From Bacteroidaceae bacterium (GTDB lineage Bacteria > Bacteroidota > Bacteroidia > Bacteroidales > Bacteroidaceae): a stretch of DNA of 64,000 bases. The stretch spans positions 2,422 to 66,421 of the forward strand of contig JAZRJU010000006.1 of assembly GCA_045645965.1 (NCBI GenBank), in the 5' to 3' direction. Positions 1 to 8,449 of this stretch are shown one piece after another; the first letter of the stretch is position 1, and every line of letters begins with the position of its first letter. The notes under the pieces were generated by a model that was not told where the DNA came from, did not search any database, and saw only the letters and a list, made by a program, of their open reading frames with translations. Position numbers and translations under genes: made by a program.

Positions 1-128
1 TCGTTGAGGCAAGTGCCGCCAAGTTTGCGTGCCTCAACCACCAATACCTGCAAACCAGCCTTGGCGGCTTTGACGCCGACCTCGTAACCTCCGGGGCCGG
101 CGCCTATGATGATGAGTTGATGTGTCAT
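1..128 (-). CDS. lpdA: dihydrolipoyl dehydrogenase, N-terminal part (runs off window)
   Basis: Reverse translation from the ATG at 128-126 gives MTHQLIIIGAGPGGYEVGVKAAKAGLQVLVVEARKLGGTCLN. This is a GxGxxG FAD fold followed by the GGTCLN redox-centre motif, and it lies downstream of the gcv genes. Confidence 0.8.
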   Translation of the reverse strand, partial: MTHQLIIIGAGPGGYEVGVKAAKAGLQVLVVEARKLGGTCLN

Positions 129-134
129 AGTTTT

Positions 135-262
135 AACGAACGGAAAAGTGAAATGTGAAAACGGAAAACTGCTCTTTAACGGGGAGCGTTCAGAATATTC
201 ATATGCTCAAAATACTTGGGTTACTTAGAGTTTTCCGTTTTCCGTTTTCACCTTTCCGTTTT
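135..262. repeat. RepA inverted pair in the gcvPB/lpdA spacer
   Basis: AACGAACGGAAAAGTGAAATGTGAAAACGGAAAACT (135-170) and AGTTTTCCGTTTTCCGTTTTCACCTTTCCGTTTT (229-262) flank a 58-nt loop. The right arm abuts the gcvPB stop. Confidence 0.88.
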
Positions 263-1742
263 ATAAAGTTTTATACGTAAACTTCGGTTCCTTCACCGCC
301 TTCACATCGTCCAGACGACGGACGGGGGTGTGATGCGGAGCGGTCTTAAGGAGTTCGCGTTGGTCGCGAGCCTCGATGGCTATCTTCTTCATCACGTCGA
401 TGAACTCGTCCAGTGTCTTCTTGCTCTCTGTTTCGGTAGGCTCTATCATCATGGCCTCGTGGAAAAGCAGAGGGAAGTAGATGGTGGGTGCATGGTAGCC
501 ATAGTCGAGCAGGCGCTTTGCCACATCCAGTGTGGTGACATGTCCAGGGTCGTGATGGTCGCCACCATATTCCTCGCGCAGACCGTCGAAGACAAACTCG
601 TGCTTGCAAAGCACATCGATGGGCAGTTTGTAGTATTCCTTCAGGTGCTCCTTGATGTAGTTGGCATTCAGCACGGAGAGTTTGCCTGCCATGGGAACAT
701 ACTCCTTGCCAAGAGACAACAGATAGGCATAGGCACGGATGACAATGCCATAGTTGCCAAGGAAGGCAGAAACGCTACCCAGCGACTCGGGGTTGTTTAC
801 CAAGGTGAAGTAACCGTCCTCCTGACGCTTTACCTGTGGGTTGGGTAGGTACTCCTCCAAACCCTTGCGTACACCAACAGGACCGCTGCCCGGACCTCCG
901 CCGCCATGAGGTGTGGAGAAGGTCTTGTGCAGGTTGATGTGCATCACATCGAAGCCCATATCTCCAGGACGGCACACACCGAGCATGGGGTTCAGGTTGG
1001 CTCCGTCGTAGTACATCAGACCACCGCACTCGTGCACCAGTCGTGCTATCTCGGGAATCTTTGTCTCGAAGATGCCCAGGGTGTTGGGATTGGTCATCAT
1101 CATGCCGGCAATGTCATCGCCAAGCAGAGGCTTGAGGTCCTCCACATCCACGGTGCCGTCGGCGGTACTCTTCACCTCCACAATCTGTAAACCGCACACG
1201 GCTGCCGAAGCAGGGTTGGTGCCATGGGCAGAGTCGGGAACGATAATCTTGGTACGCTTCAGGTCGCCACGCTTTTCGTGGTAGGTGCGTATCACCATCA
1301 GGCCTGTCAGCTCGCCATGAGCACCGGCAAAGGGATTCAGCGTGAACTCGTGAAGCCCGGCTATCTCGGAGAGTGATTTCTGTACATTATAATATAGTTC
1401 CAGTGCGCCCTGTGTGGTGTACTCCGGCTGGTGAGGATGCAGGGTGGTGAAACCTGGCAGGGAAGCCATCTCCTCGTTAATCTTAGGGTTGTACTTCATG
1501 GTACAGCTGCCCAAGGGATAGAACCCGGTGTCCACACCGAAGTTGTTGTTGGACATGTTGGTATAGTGGCGCACGGCGGTGAGTTCGTCCACCTCAGGCA
1601 ATATTGTCTCGCCCTCGCGGAGAAGGTTTGCAGGCAGGTCCTCCAATGTGTGACCGCTCCACTGGTTCTCAGGCAGAGAATAACCAATACATCCGGGGGT
1701 GGAAAGTTCGAATATGAGTTTTCCGTAATATGTGTTGTTCAT
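261..1742 (-). CDS. gcvPB: glycine dehydrogenase (decarboxylating) subunit 2
   Basis: 493-aa ORF with a typical P-protein beta subunit sequence (PLGSCTMKYNP, HINLHKTF PLP-lysine region), in gcv operon context. Confidence 0.95.
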   Translation of the reverse strand: MNNTYYGKLIFELSTPGCIGYSLPENQWSGHTLEDLPANLLREGETILPEVDELTAVRHYTNMSNNNFGVDTGFYPLGSCTMKYNPKINEEMASLPGFTTLHPHQPEYTTQGALELYYNVQKSLSEIAGLHEFTLNPFAGAHGELTGLMVIRTYHEKRGDLKRTKIIVPDSAHGTNPASAAVCGLQIVEVKSTADGTVDVEDLKPLLGDDIAGMMMTNPNTLGIFETKIPEIARLVHECGGLMYYDGANLNPMLGVCRPGDMGFDVMHINLHKTFSTPHGGGGPGSGPVGVRKGLEEYLPNPQVKRQEDGYFTLVNNPESLGSVSAFLGNYGIVIRAYAYLLSLGKEYVPMAGKLSVLNANYIKEHLKEYYKLPIDVLCKHEFVFDGLREEYGGDHHDPGHVTTLDVAKRLLDYGYHAPTIYFPLLFHEAMMIEPTETESKKTLDEFIDVMKKIAIEARDQRELLKTAPHHTPVRRLDDVKAVKEPKFTYKTL

Positions 1743-1772
1743 AATGCTTTCGGATACTTTTATTGGTTAATA

Positions 1773-3116
1773 CTATAGTCCTTGCTCTGCGCAGAAGGCA
1801 GCAATGCTTTCCACCAGAGCCTCCACCTCTTCAGGCGAGCGTTGCTCGGTTGCGGCAAAGATAATCTCGTCCTCCTTCGCTTCTGCCTTCACACCGGCAA
1901 TGAAACCGTCAATGTAGGCATTGTCCTGCAATGCGGAGATGTTCAGAGAGCATTTCAGCGTGAACTCGTTTAGGAAGGGTTTGCCTGGATATGCCTCGGA
2001 GAAGCAGGGCAAGGCAAGCAGACGCTTGTGCAACTCGTGTGCTGCGCCATAGGACTGCTCGTTAACCTCGCGCAAGCCCTTCTTGCCCATCAGAGCAAGG
2101 TAGGAAGCGACATACAGGCACATGATGCCCTGGGCGGTGCAGATGTTGGAAGTTGCCTTTTCGCGGCGGATGTGCTGTTCGCGTGCCTGCATGGTCAATA
2201 CGAAGCAACGCTTGCCATCGGCATCGGTGGTGGCGCCAACCAATCGGCCTGGCATCTTTCTCACCAAGGCATTGGTGGTACAGAGGTAACCGATATATGG
2301 ACCGCCATAGCACATGGGTATGCCCAGACTCTGTGCCTCGCCGCAAGCGATGTCGGCACCCCACTGGCCGGGAGACTTCAGTACACCAAGGGCAGATGCC
2401 ATGGTGTTGATGGCCAGCAGAGCCTTGTGTGCATGGCACATGTCGGCAAGTCCGGTGAAGTCCTCTATGATGCCGTAGTAGTTGGGTTGTGCCACCAGCA
2501 CGCCAGCAACATCGTCGGCTTCGAGCAATGTCTGTATAGCACACATGTCCGTAACGCCCTCCTTGGCAGGAACCTTAACGAGGTCCACGCCATGGAACTT
2601 GGCATACGTCTCCACCACTCGCATCACGGCAGGGTTGTATGTCTCGGAGATGAGCACACGGTTGCGCTTCTTTGCGGCAGCCACGCACATCATCATTGCC
2701 TCGGCGGTGGCGGTGGAACCGTCATACATCGAAGCATTGGAGATGTCCATACCGGTAAGGTCGGCCATCATGCTCTGGTACTCAAAGATGTATTGCAATG
2801 TACCTTGCGAGATCTCTGCCTGATAGGGAGTGTAAGAAGTGGAGAACTCCGAGCGCGATGCAATATATGGCACCACACAGGGTGTGTAGTGGTCATAGAC
2901 ACCGGCACCGGCAAAGGAGATGAGTTGCTCATTGGATTGCTCCAGAGAACCAATAACCCTTCTCACCTCTATTTCCGACATGGCAGAGGGCAGGGCAAGT
3001 TCCTTGTTGAACTTCAGTTCTTCGGGAATCTCGGAATATAGTTCCTCTAAAGAACTCACGCCGACAACCTTCAGCATCTCCTGAAGGTCATCGGCGGTAT
3101 GTGGGAAGTATTTCAT
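1773..3116 (-). CDS. gcvPA: glycine dehydrogenase (decarboxylating) subunit 1
   Basis: The ORF track gives 1773..3188. The first 24 codons read through the GTGAAAACGGAAA repeat, so I place the start at MKYFPHTADDL (ATG 3116-3114). Confidence 0.92.
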   Translation of the reverse strand: MKYFPHTADDLQEMLKVVGVSSLEELYSEIPEELKFNKELALPSAMSEIEVRRVIGSLEQSNEQLISFAGAGVYDHYTPCVVPYIASRSEFSTSYTPYQAEISQGTLQYIFEYQSMMADLTGMDISNASMYDGSTATAEAMMMCVAAAKKRNRVLISETYNPAVMRVVETYAKFHGVDLVKVPAKEGVTDMCAIQTLLEADDVAGVLVAQPNYYGIIEDFTGLADMCHAHKALLAINTMASALGVLKSPGQWGADIACGEAQSLGIPMCYGGPYIGYLCTTNALVRKMPGRLVGATTDADGKRCFVLTMQAREQHIRREKATSNICTAQGIMCLYVASYLALMGKKGLREVNEQSYGAAHELHKRLLALPCFSEAYPGKPFLNEFTLKCSLNISALQDNAYIDGFIAGVKAEAKEDEIIFAATEQRSPEEVEALVESIAAFCAEQGL

Positions 3117-3126
3117 AGGCTTAACA

Positions 3127-3200
3127 ATGTGAAAACGGAAATGTGAAAACGGAAATCTGCGAGTAAGTTTTCCGTTTTCCGTTTTCACCTTTCCGTTTTA
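3127..3200. repeat. RepA hairpin in the gcvH/gcvPA spacer
   Basis: GTGAAAACGGAAATGTGAAAACGGAAA, loop TCTGCGAGTAA, then GTTTTCCGTTTTCCGTTTTCACCTTTCCGTTTTA. Confidence 0.9.
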
Positions 3201-3204
3201 ATAA

Positions 3205-3582
3205 TTACTTGCAACAGTTCTCGTAGTCAGCAGCGCTGAGCAGGTTGTCCACCTCGGAGGGATCGGAGAGCTTCACCTTCATGATCCATGTGCCGAAAGC
3301 ATCCTGGTTGATGAGTTCGGGCTGGTCTTCCAGTTCCTCGTTGATTTCAACAACCACACCGCTGACGGGAGAGATGAGGTCACTGGCAGCTTTCACACTC
3401 TCTACGGCGCCGAAGTCCTCGCCTGCGGTAACTTCGTCGTCCACCTCGGGCATATCCACGTATACCACGTTGCCCAACTGCTCCTGAGCATAGTCGGTGA
3501 TACCAACATAACCGTACTCGCCTTCAACTTTCACATACTCGTGGCTCTCGCTATAGTAGAGGCCTTCAATTGTCTTTGCCAT
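3205..3582 (-). CDS. gcvH: glycine cleavage system H protein
   Basis: 125 aa with the lipoyl-lysine motif ESVKAASD, as expected for the H protein. Confidence 0.95.
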   Translation of the reverse strand: MAKTIEGLYYSESHEYVKVEGEYGYVGITDYAQEQLGNVVYVDMPEVDDEVTAGEDFGAVESVKAASDLISPVSGVVVEINEELEDQPELINQDAFGTWIMKVKLSDPSEVDNLLSAADYENCCK

Positions 3583-3598
3583 AATTAGATTAGGTTAA

Positions 3599-3796
3599 GA
3601 CCCTCCCCCTTACCCCTCCCTCTATGGAGGGGAGTATAATGTATAGGGATTGGGTAGGTTAATGATTTGCTTTGTTTATTTTGTGTTGTTGTTGTTTAAT
3701 GTTTTTCTACTCCTCCCTTTTTCTTGACCATTTCCCTGTCTTTATCAGTCAGTAGTATCTACTCCCCTCCATAGAGGGAGGGGTTGGGGGAGGGTC
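3599..3796. repeat. RepB inverted pair bracketing the gcvT/gcvH spacer
   Basis: GACCCTCCCCCTTACCCCTCCCTCTATGGAGGGGAGTA (3599-3636) and its reverse complement TACTCCCCTCCATAGAGGGAGGGGTTGGGGGAGGGTC (3760-3796). Confidence 0.9.
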
Positions 3797-3804
3797 TTTT
3801 TTTC

Positions 3805-4893
3805 TCACTTCTTATAATTCTTTTCGTAGAAGCGCTTCTTGCATACCACGCCATCCTGCAACTTCTTGTGGATGCGGATTTGCACGGGGGTGTCGAGTTT
3901 GGCGTATTCTATGTCCACCATGGCCATGCACACGCTCTTGCCTGTGGAGATGGAGTTGTAGCCCGTGGTGACGGTTCCCACCACCTTGTCGCCCACCACC
4001 ACATCGTAGCCATGACGGGGTATGGCACGGCCAGCCAGTTCTATGCCCACAATCTTGCGTGTCAGTCCTTCTGCCTTCTGCTTGGCAAGAGCCTCCTTGC
4101 CGATGAAGTTCTCCTTGTCGAGTTTCACGAACATGCCAAGACCAGCCTCCAGAGGGGTGATGTCGTCGGTAAGTTCATCGCCGTAAAGAGGCAAGCCAAC
4201 CTCAAACCTCAATGTGTCGCGGCAACCAAGGGCACAGGGTTTCACGCCATGGGCAATGAGCTTGTCCCATGCACCTTGTATGTAGGCATGGCTTCCGTAC
4301 ACCTCGAAACCATCCTCGCCCGTGTAGCCAGTACGGCTCACGATAAGAGTCTCGCCCTCCGTTTCTACGGTCTTGAAGGTATAGAATGCCAGGTCCTCGC
4401 ATGCCAGCCCTAGGCACTCTGCCATCACCTTCTCCGAATCAGGTCCCTGCAGGGCTATCTGTCCGTAGATGTCGCTCTGGTTTACGGTAACCACATCGAA
4501 AGCCTTTGCCTGAGCCTCTATCCATGCATAGTCCTTGTCGATGTTGGCGGCATTGATGACGAGGAAGAACTTGTCATCCGCCATCTTGTAGACAAGCAAA
4601 TCGTCTACGGTGCCGCCGTTCTCATGCAGCATCATGCCATAATATATCTTGCCCACGGGAGCACCGGCAATGTCGTTGGTGAAGATGTATTGCACAAACT
4701 TCTCCGCCTCGGCACCGCTCACCAGCACCTCGCCCATGTGGCTCACGTCAAACACGCCGCTTGCCTTGCGCACGGCATTGTGCTCATCCACGATGTCGGT
4801 GTACTGTATGGGCATCTCAAAGCCCCCGAAAGGCACCATCTTGGCACCCAGTGCAATGTGCTTGTCGTAAAGACATGTTCTTTTATCAGTCAT
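3805..4893 (-). CDS. gcvT: aminomethyltransferase (glycine cleavage T protein)
   Basis: 362 aa with a typical GcvT N-terminus (FGGFEMPIQY) and length. Confidence 0.95.
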   Translation of the reverse strand: MTDKRTCLYDKHIALGAKMVPFGGFEMPIQYTDIVDEHNAVRKASGVFDVSHMGEVLVSGAEAEKFVQYIFTNDIAGAPVGKIYYGMMLHENGGTVDDLLVYKMADDKFFLVINAANIDKDYAWIEAQAKAFDVVTVNQSDIYGQIALQGPDSEKVMAECLGLACEDLAFYTFKTVETEGETLIVSRTGYTGEDGFEVYGSHAYIQGAWDKLIAHGVKPCALGCRDTLRFEVGLPLYGDELTDDITPLEAGLGMFVKLDKENFIGKEALAKQKAEGLTRKIVGIELAGRAIPRHGYDVVVGDKVVGTVTTGYNSISTGKSVCMAMVDIEYAKLDTPVQIRIHKKLQDGVVCKKRFYEKNYKK

Positions 4894-4943
4894 AGTAGTG
4901 TTTTGTATTTAAGGTTTTCTAAAAAAAAGTCTTGTCAAAAGGT

Positions 4944-5981
4944 CTAAAGACCGTTGTTGGCATTGAATAGCGTTTCTATAAGCTCCCTGAGCCTCTCGGT
5001 CGCCAGTCCTCTGATGGCGATGTTTGGCGAGTGTTCAGTGGTTTGCTTTATCAGGGCATCTTTTGTGAACGGACAACTGGCAAAAGCATTGTTGAACGCG
5101 GCATGCGCATCGCCCAGTTCAAAGTAGTCGCCACTGAGTGAAACGGCCGTCACCTTGCCCTCCCTTGTTTCAAACTCGATAGCCAATGTGCCACATCCGT
5201 TTATTCTGGCTTGGCACAGATGCGAAGGCTCCGTCTTCCTTGTCTTGCCCCAAAGGAACGCAGGCGTATAGTATCCGCTTTCTATTTCGCGTATCTTGTC
5301 AATGTCTTCCTCTGTCAGCACGATGCTTCCCTTGCAAAGGTGCTCCCTTATGCTCTGGCGCAGTTTGCTTACGTCAATATTCTCGTGCAAAGCATCCTTC
5401 AGCAGTGCTATGCGGCTCTCCACGCTCTTCACCCCTTTGGACATGAGTTTGGCACGTTCGGGGGTCAGTGCACCACGCATCATGTGCGCATTCGTGTCGT
5501 AGAGCATGGTGCCGTGCACTATGTTGCGCTTGGCCATATGGTAGAAGGCATTTCCGCAAATCTTGCCGCCACCCTTCATGCAGATGTCGTTGCGTCCGGA
5601 GACCTCCACCTCGGCACCAAGTGCGTTGAGGCATCCTGCCACATTGTGGGCATACTCGTGGAAAAGCTCCTCCACCGCACCCTCTCGTGTCACGAGGCTT
5701 GTCATAATATTGCCTCTGTCGGCAAAGATGCTTCCGCCACCGCTCTTCCTGCGAATCACGTCTATTCCCTCCGCCTTGCAAAAGGCAAGATCTATCTCTG
5801 CCTCGGCATCCTGGTTTCTGCCCATCACCACGGTGGGAGACAGCTGCCATGTGAACAGATAGCTGCCCTCTGGCATGTGCGAGGCAACGTACTCCTCCAC
5901 GGCCAGATAGAACGCCGCCCTCTCGCCATCGCAATGCGGTGGCAACTCAACGAATGTGGCAGGGAAGGTGTGTTCAGTCAT
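4944..5981 (-). CDS. lplA: lipoate-protein ligase A
   Basis: 345 aa with the RRKSGGGSIF lipoate-binding motif. It is the first gene of the gcv operon. Confidence 0.85.
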   Translation of the reverse strand: MTEHTFPATFVELPPHCDGERAAFYLAVEEYVASHMPEGSYLFTWQLSPTVVMGRNQDAEAEIDLAFCKAEGIDVIRRKSGGGSIFADRGNIMTSLVTREGAVEELFHEYAHNVAGCLNALGAEVEVSGRNDICMKGGGKICGNAFYHMAKRNIVHGTMLYDTNAHMMRGALTPERAKLMSKGVKSVESRIALLKDALHENIDVSKLRQSIREHLCKGSIVLTEEDIDKIREIESGYYTPAFLWGKTRKTEPSHLCQARINGCGTLAIEFETREGKVTAVSLSGDYFELGDAHAAFNNAFASCPFTKDALIKQTTEHSPNIAIRGLATERLRELIETLFNANNGL

Positions 5982-6054
5982 GGGGTGGGGTGTTGTTGTG
6001 ATTAAGGTTTGGTTTAAAGTCTTTCTTTGGCACGTTTTTGTGCTTTTTGTGCAT

Positions 6055-6062
6055 CAAATTTA
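6055..6062 (-). promoter_or_regulatory. Bacteroidota -7 box TAAATTTG for the lplA-gcv operon
   Basis: The minus strand reads TAAATTTG about 70 nt upstream of the lplA ATG. Confidence 0.55.
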
Positions 6063-6250
6063 CAGAATAGTCCTCAATCGGGCAAATAATCGGTCTTTAA
6101 TTTTGTTAAAACTTTGAATAGGCCCAAAATGGAATTGCACTTGGAGAGAAGTTTCCGGCTCTATATACCTCTTTATATAGGCAGACGGAGCAAAAACAAT
6201 GCTTTGCTCCGTCTGTGTTGCTTTTCATTATGGTGTGCCCGAAAAGTGTG

Positions 6251-6970
6251 TCATTTGAAAATGCTGAGCACGTGGGCTGGCATGGCGGTGCGGTGCCAGT
6301 TTTCGGTGTTGGTGTGACCGTTGTACTGGTAGGACAGTGTGTGCTTGTCCTTGCCTTGCCATGAAATCTGGCATGGGTTGCCGCCTTCCCTGGTGTGGCC
6401 ATCGGGTGTGTATTCCACTTCTTCCATGGTGAAGATCATGGATTGTGCATTGCCCACCTGTGCGAGATGCAGTGTCATGCGTACCTCCTTGTCGTAGAAC
6501 TTGTAATATTTGGTTCCTGTCATCTCGGGTGCGTGCCATGCGCCCAGGAGTTTGTTCTTCTTGCCTGGCTTTTTGTCCACTCTGTCCATCAGGTCAAGGA
6601 AGTCCTTCATGTTCTCGGACATGATTTTCTTGGCAGGCGTGTAAACGTTTGTCACCTTCACGGTGTTCTGTCCGCCGGGATAACCGCTCGGGTCGTATGT
6701 CCATGTGTAACTCAGGCCCTCGTCGGTTACCGTCAGTGCTTTCATTTCCTTTTCAACAACATAAACCCTCTCAACCCCCTCCACTTCGTATGTCTGTATC
6801 TCGTATGTCTTTCCGTTCTTCAGCAGCAGGTACAGGTCCTGCGGATTTTCCATTTCCTTGCCGTCCAGAGTTGTAAACTTGGTCTGCTTGTACAGACCGG
6901 GCTTTGGTTGTGCCATTGTGGCCATGCCAACCATGAGCATCGCGATTGATAGAAAAAGTGTCCTTTTCAT
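6251..6970 (-). CDS. hypothetical secreted protein (signal peptide)
   Basis: 239-aa ORF with an N-terminal signal-like MKRTLFLSIAMLMVGMATMAQ. I do not recognise a family. Confidence 0.6.
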   Translation of the reverse strand: MKRTLFLSIAMLMVGMATMAQPKPGLYKQTKFTTLDGKEMENPQDLYLLLKNGKTYEIQTYEVEGVERVYVVEKEMKALTVTDEGLSYTWTYDPSGYPGGQNTVKVTNVYTPAKKIMSENMKDFLDLMDRVDKKPGKKNKLLGAWHAPEMTGTKYYKFYDKEVRMTLHLAQVGNAQSMIFTMEEVEYTPDGHTREGGNPCQISWQGKDKHTLSYQYNGHTNTENWHRTAMPAHVLSIFK

Positions 6971-7012
6971 AATCGTGGGTATTAGGGGTTATACTTTTAC
7001 TTTTTCTGCTAA

Positions 7013-7020
7013 CAAAATTA
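7013..7020 (-). promoter_or_regulatory. -7 box TAATTTTG for the 6251..6970 gene
   Basis: The minus strand reads TAATTTTG about 43 nt upstream of the ATG. Confidence 0.5.
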
Positions 7021-7183
7021 AGATAATATGTTCTCCGTTATTATTTGCATGTGGAGATATTTTCAAAATAATATGTAAATGCAATCTCCATGTAGCAAAA
7101 GTGGGGTGTCGTGATAGTGCTGGCGGTGGGCAAAAATAGCAGAAGAGCGAACATTCGGTGTGGAATGTACGCTCTTCTTTGTG

Positions 7184-7257
7184 TGACTCCTGCAGGATTC
7201 AAACCTGCAACCTTTTGATCCGTAGTCAAATGCTCTATTCAGTTGAGCTAAGGAGCC
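7184..7257 (-). tRNA. tRNA-Arg(ACG), copy 1
   Basis: Hand-folded cloverleaf: acceptor GGCTCCT/AGGAGTC, anticodon arm TTTGA-CTACGGA-TCAAA, T arm GCAGG-TTTGAAT-CCTGC. Confidence 0.9.
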
Positions 7258-7272
7258 ATCCTCTTGGTTTTG

Positions 7273-7347
7273 TGGGCGATGACGGATTCGAACCGCCGAC
7301 CCTCTGCTTGTAAGGCAGATGCTCTGAACCAGCTGCGCTAATCGCCC
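7273..7347 (-). tRNA. tRNA-Val(TAC), copy 1
   Basis: Acceptor GGGCGAT/ATCGCCC, anticodon arm TCTGC-CTTACAA-GCAGA, T arm GGCGG-TTCGAAT-CCGTC. Confidence 0.9.
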
Positions 7348-7415
7348 GTTGTTGAAAGTGAAGAGGGTCAGGTGACGAGAGTCGTCTGTCGGTTGACCGT
7401 TCCTTTCATAAAGAA

Positions 7416-7435
7416 GAGAACCTCGTCAGGTTCTC
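7416..7435 (-). terminator. hairpin after tRNA-Asp (GAGAACC-N6-GGTTCTC plus T-rich tail)
   Basis: The minus strand reads GAGAACCTGACGAGGTTCTCTTCTTTAT just 3' of tRNA-Asp. Confidence 0.45.
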
Positions 7436-7452
7436 GCTCTTTTGTTTTGTTT

Positions 7453-7529
7453 TGGCGGTGCGGACGGGGCTCGAACCCGCGACCCCTAGCGTGACAGGCT
7501 AGTATTCTAACCAACTGAACTACCGCACC
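7453..7529 (-). tRNA. tRNA-Asp(GTC), CCA encoded
   Basis: Acceptor GGTGCGG/CCGCACC, anticodon arm CTAGC-CTGTCAC-GCTAG, T arm GCGGG-TTCGAGC-CCCGT, 3' GCCA. Confidence 0.9.
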
Positions 7530-7549
7530 AATGTTGGTTTGTTGTTTTG

Positions 7550-7622
7550 AGCGGAAAACGAGGCTCGAACTCGCGACCCCAACCTTGGCAAGGTTGTGCT
7601 CTACCAACTGAGCTATTTCCGC
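7550..7622 (-). tRNA. tRNA-Gly(GCC)
   Basis: Acceptor GCGGAAA/TTTCCGC, anticodon arm CAACC-TTGCCAA-GGTTG, T arm GCGAG-TTCGAGC-CTCGT. Confidence 0.9.
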
Positions 7623-7659
7623 ATTCTTTTGTTTCTTTCACACTTTGGTTTGTGTGAAG

Positions 7660-7742
7660 TGGGCAGGGACGGATTCGAACCGCCGAAGGCGCAAGCCAAC
7701 AGATTTACAGTCTGCCCGTTTTAACCACTTACCTACCTACCC
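7660..7742 (-). tRNA. tRNA-Tyr(GTA), long variable arm
   Basis: Acceptor GGGTAGG/CCTGCCC, anticodon loop CTGTAAA, long variable arm, T arm GGCGG-TTCGAAT-CCGTC. Confidence 0.88.
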
Positions 7743-7758
7743 AGTGTGCTTTGATTCG

Positions 7759-7832
7759 TGACTCCTGCAGGATTCAAACCTGCAACCTTTTGATCCGTAG
7801 TCAAATGCTCTATTCAGTTGAGCTAAGGAGCC
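7759..7832 (-). tRNA. tRNA-Arg(ACG), copy 2
   Basis: Same sequence as 7184..7257. Confidence 0.9.
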
Positions 7833-7846
7833 ATCCTCTTGTTGTG

Positions 7847-7921
7847 TGGGCGATGACGGATTCGAACCGCCGACCCTCTGCTTGTAAGGCAGATGCTCTG
7901 AACCAGCTGCGCTAATCGCCC
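7847..7921 (-). tRNA. tRNA-Val(TAC), copy 2
   Basis: Same sequence as 7273..7347. Confidence 0.9.
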
Positions 7922-7978
7922 GTTGCTATCAGTCTTGTTTTGTTGTCTTCTCTAAGACTTGTTCCTGATTTGCGAGTG

Positions 7979-7986
7979 CAAAGGTA
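7979..7986 (-). promoter_or_regulatory. -7 box TACCTTTG of the tRNA operon
   Basis: The minus strand reads TACCTTTGCACTCGCAAA about 58 nt upstream of the first tRNA. The same 18-nt module precedes tRNA-Asp at 17443. Confidence 0.6.
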
Positions 7987-8275
7987 GCGCTTTTTATGAT
8001 ACCCGCCAAATATTCTAATGATATTTTTCTAAAAAACTTTAATAATTCTTTCCTATGCGATGTTTTTGCCTCTGTTACACCTTATATATTATATATAGGG
8101 AAAGCGTAAGTACTGTTAGGGGTGAGTGAACTGACAAAATGTGTACCTGTAGATTGCTGACAAAATGCCCTTCTTCTTGTGTCAACATGTCACGAAGTAT
8201 TGATTTTCGTCAATTAAAGGGGAAATTCCTATTCGGTTTAGAGATTTACCCACGGGTTTTCCCCCGAAATGGCAT

Positions 8276-8283
8276 TACCTTTG
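8276..8283 (+). promoter_or_regulatory. -7 box TACCTTTG, about 166 nt upstream of the 8450 ORF
   Basis: This is the only canonical box I see upstream of 8450. It implies a long purine/A-rich leader. Confidence 0.4.
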
Positions 8284-8449
8284 CAGCAGAAAAGGTGAAA
8301 GACCTGACCTGAAAACACAGAAAAGACACACAACAAGTAAGGATAACACAGGTGCCGCCCAACACACGGCACATACAAAGGAAAGGTGCCGACAGAGGTT
8401 GGCACAGGAAAAAAGGAAAACACAATATTAAGGTAAAAAGATTGAAAAT

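Noticed and set aside
1773-3188. N-terminal extensions given by the ORF track for gcvPA, purA, DPP III, uvrB, the ABC permease, the nitroreductase, the YiiX-like gene, blaI, the DUF3791 gene and others.
   Set aside because: The extensions run through repeat units or through a TAnnTTTG promoter box. The conserved protein N-terminus begins at an internal Met, so the shorter starts were used.
5982-6250. Glycine riboswitch upstream of the gcv operon.
   Set aside because: I read the minus-strand leader and saw none of the conserved glycine-aptamer elements (GGAGAG...CACCG...GGGCAA). Only a TAAATTTG promoter box is present. An Infernal scan would be decisive.
7368-7607. 79-aa ORF overlapping tRNA-Asp and tRNA-Gly. 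The 90-aa ORF 17156..17428 overlapping the second tRNA-Asp is similar.
   Set aside because: The shared peptide (LVRILACHARGRGFEPRPHR) is simply the translation of the tRNA-Asp gene.
7184-8449. Integrative element inserted at the tRNA cluster or at tRNA-Asp / tRNA-Thr.
   Set aside because: There is no integrase, excisionase, transfer or phage gene adjacent to any tRNA. There is also no duplicated tRNA 3'-end fragment that would mark an att site.
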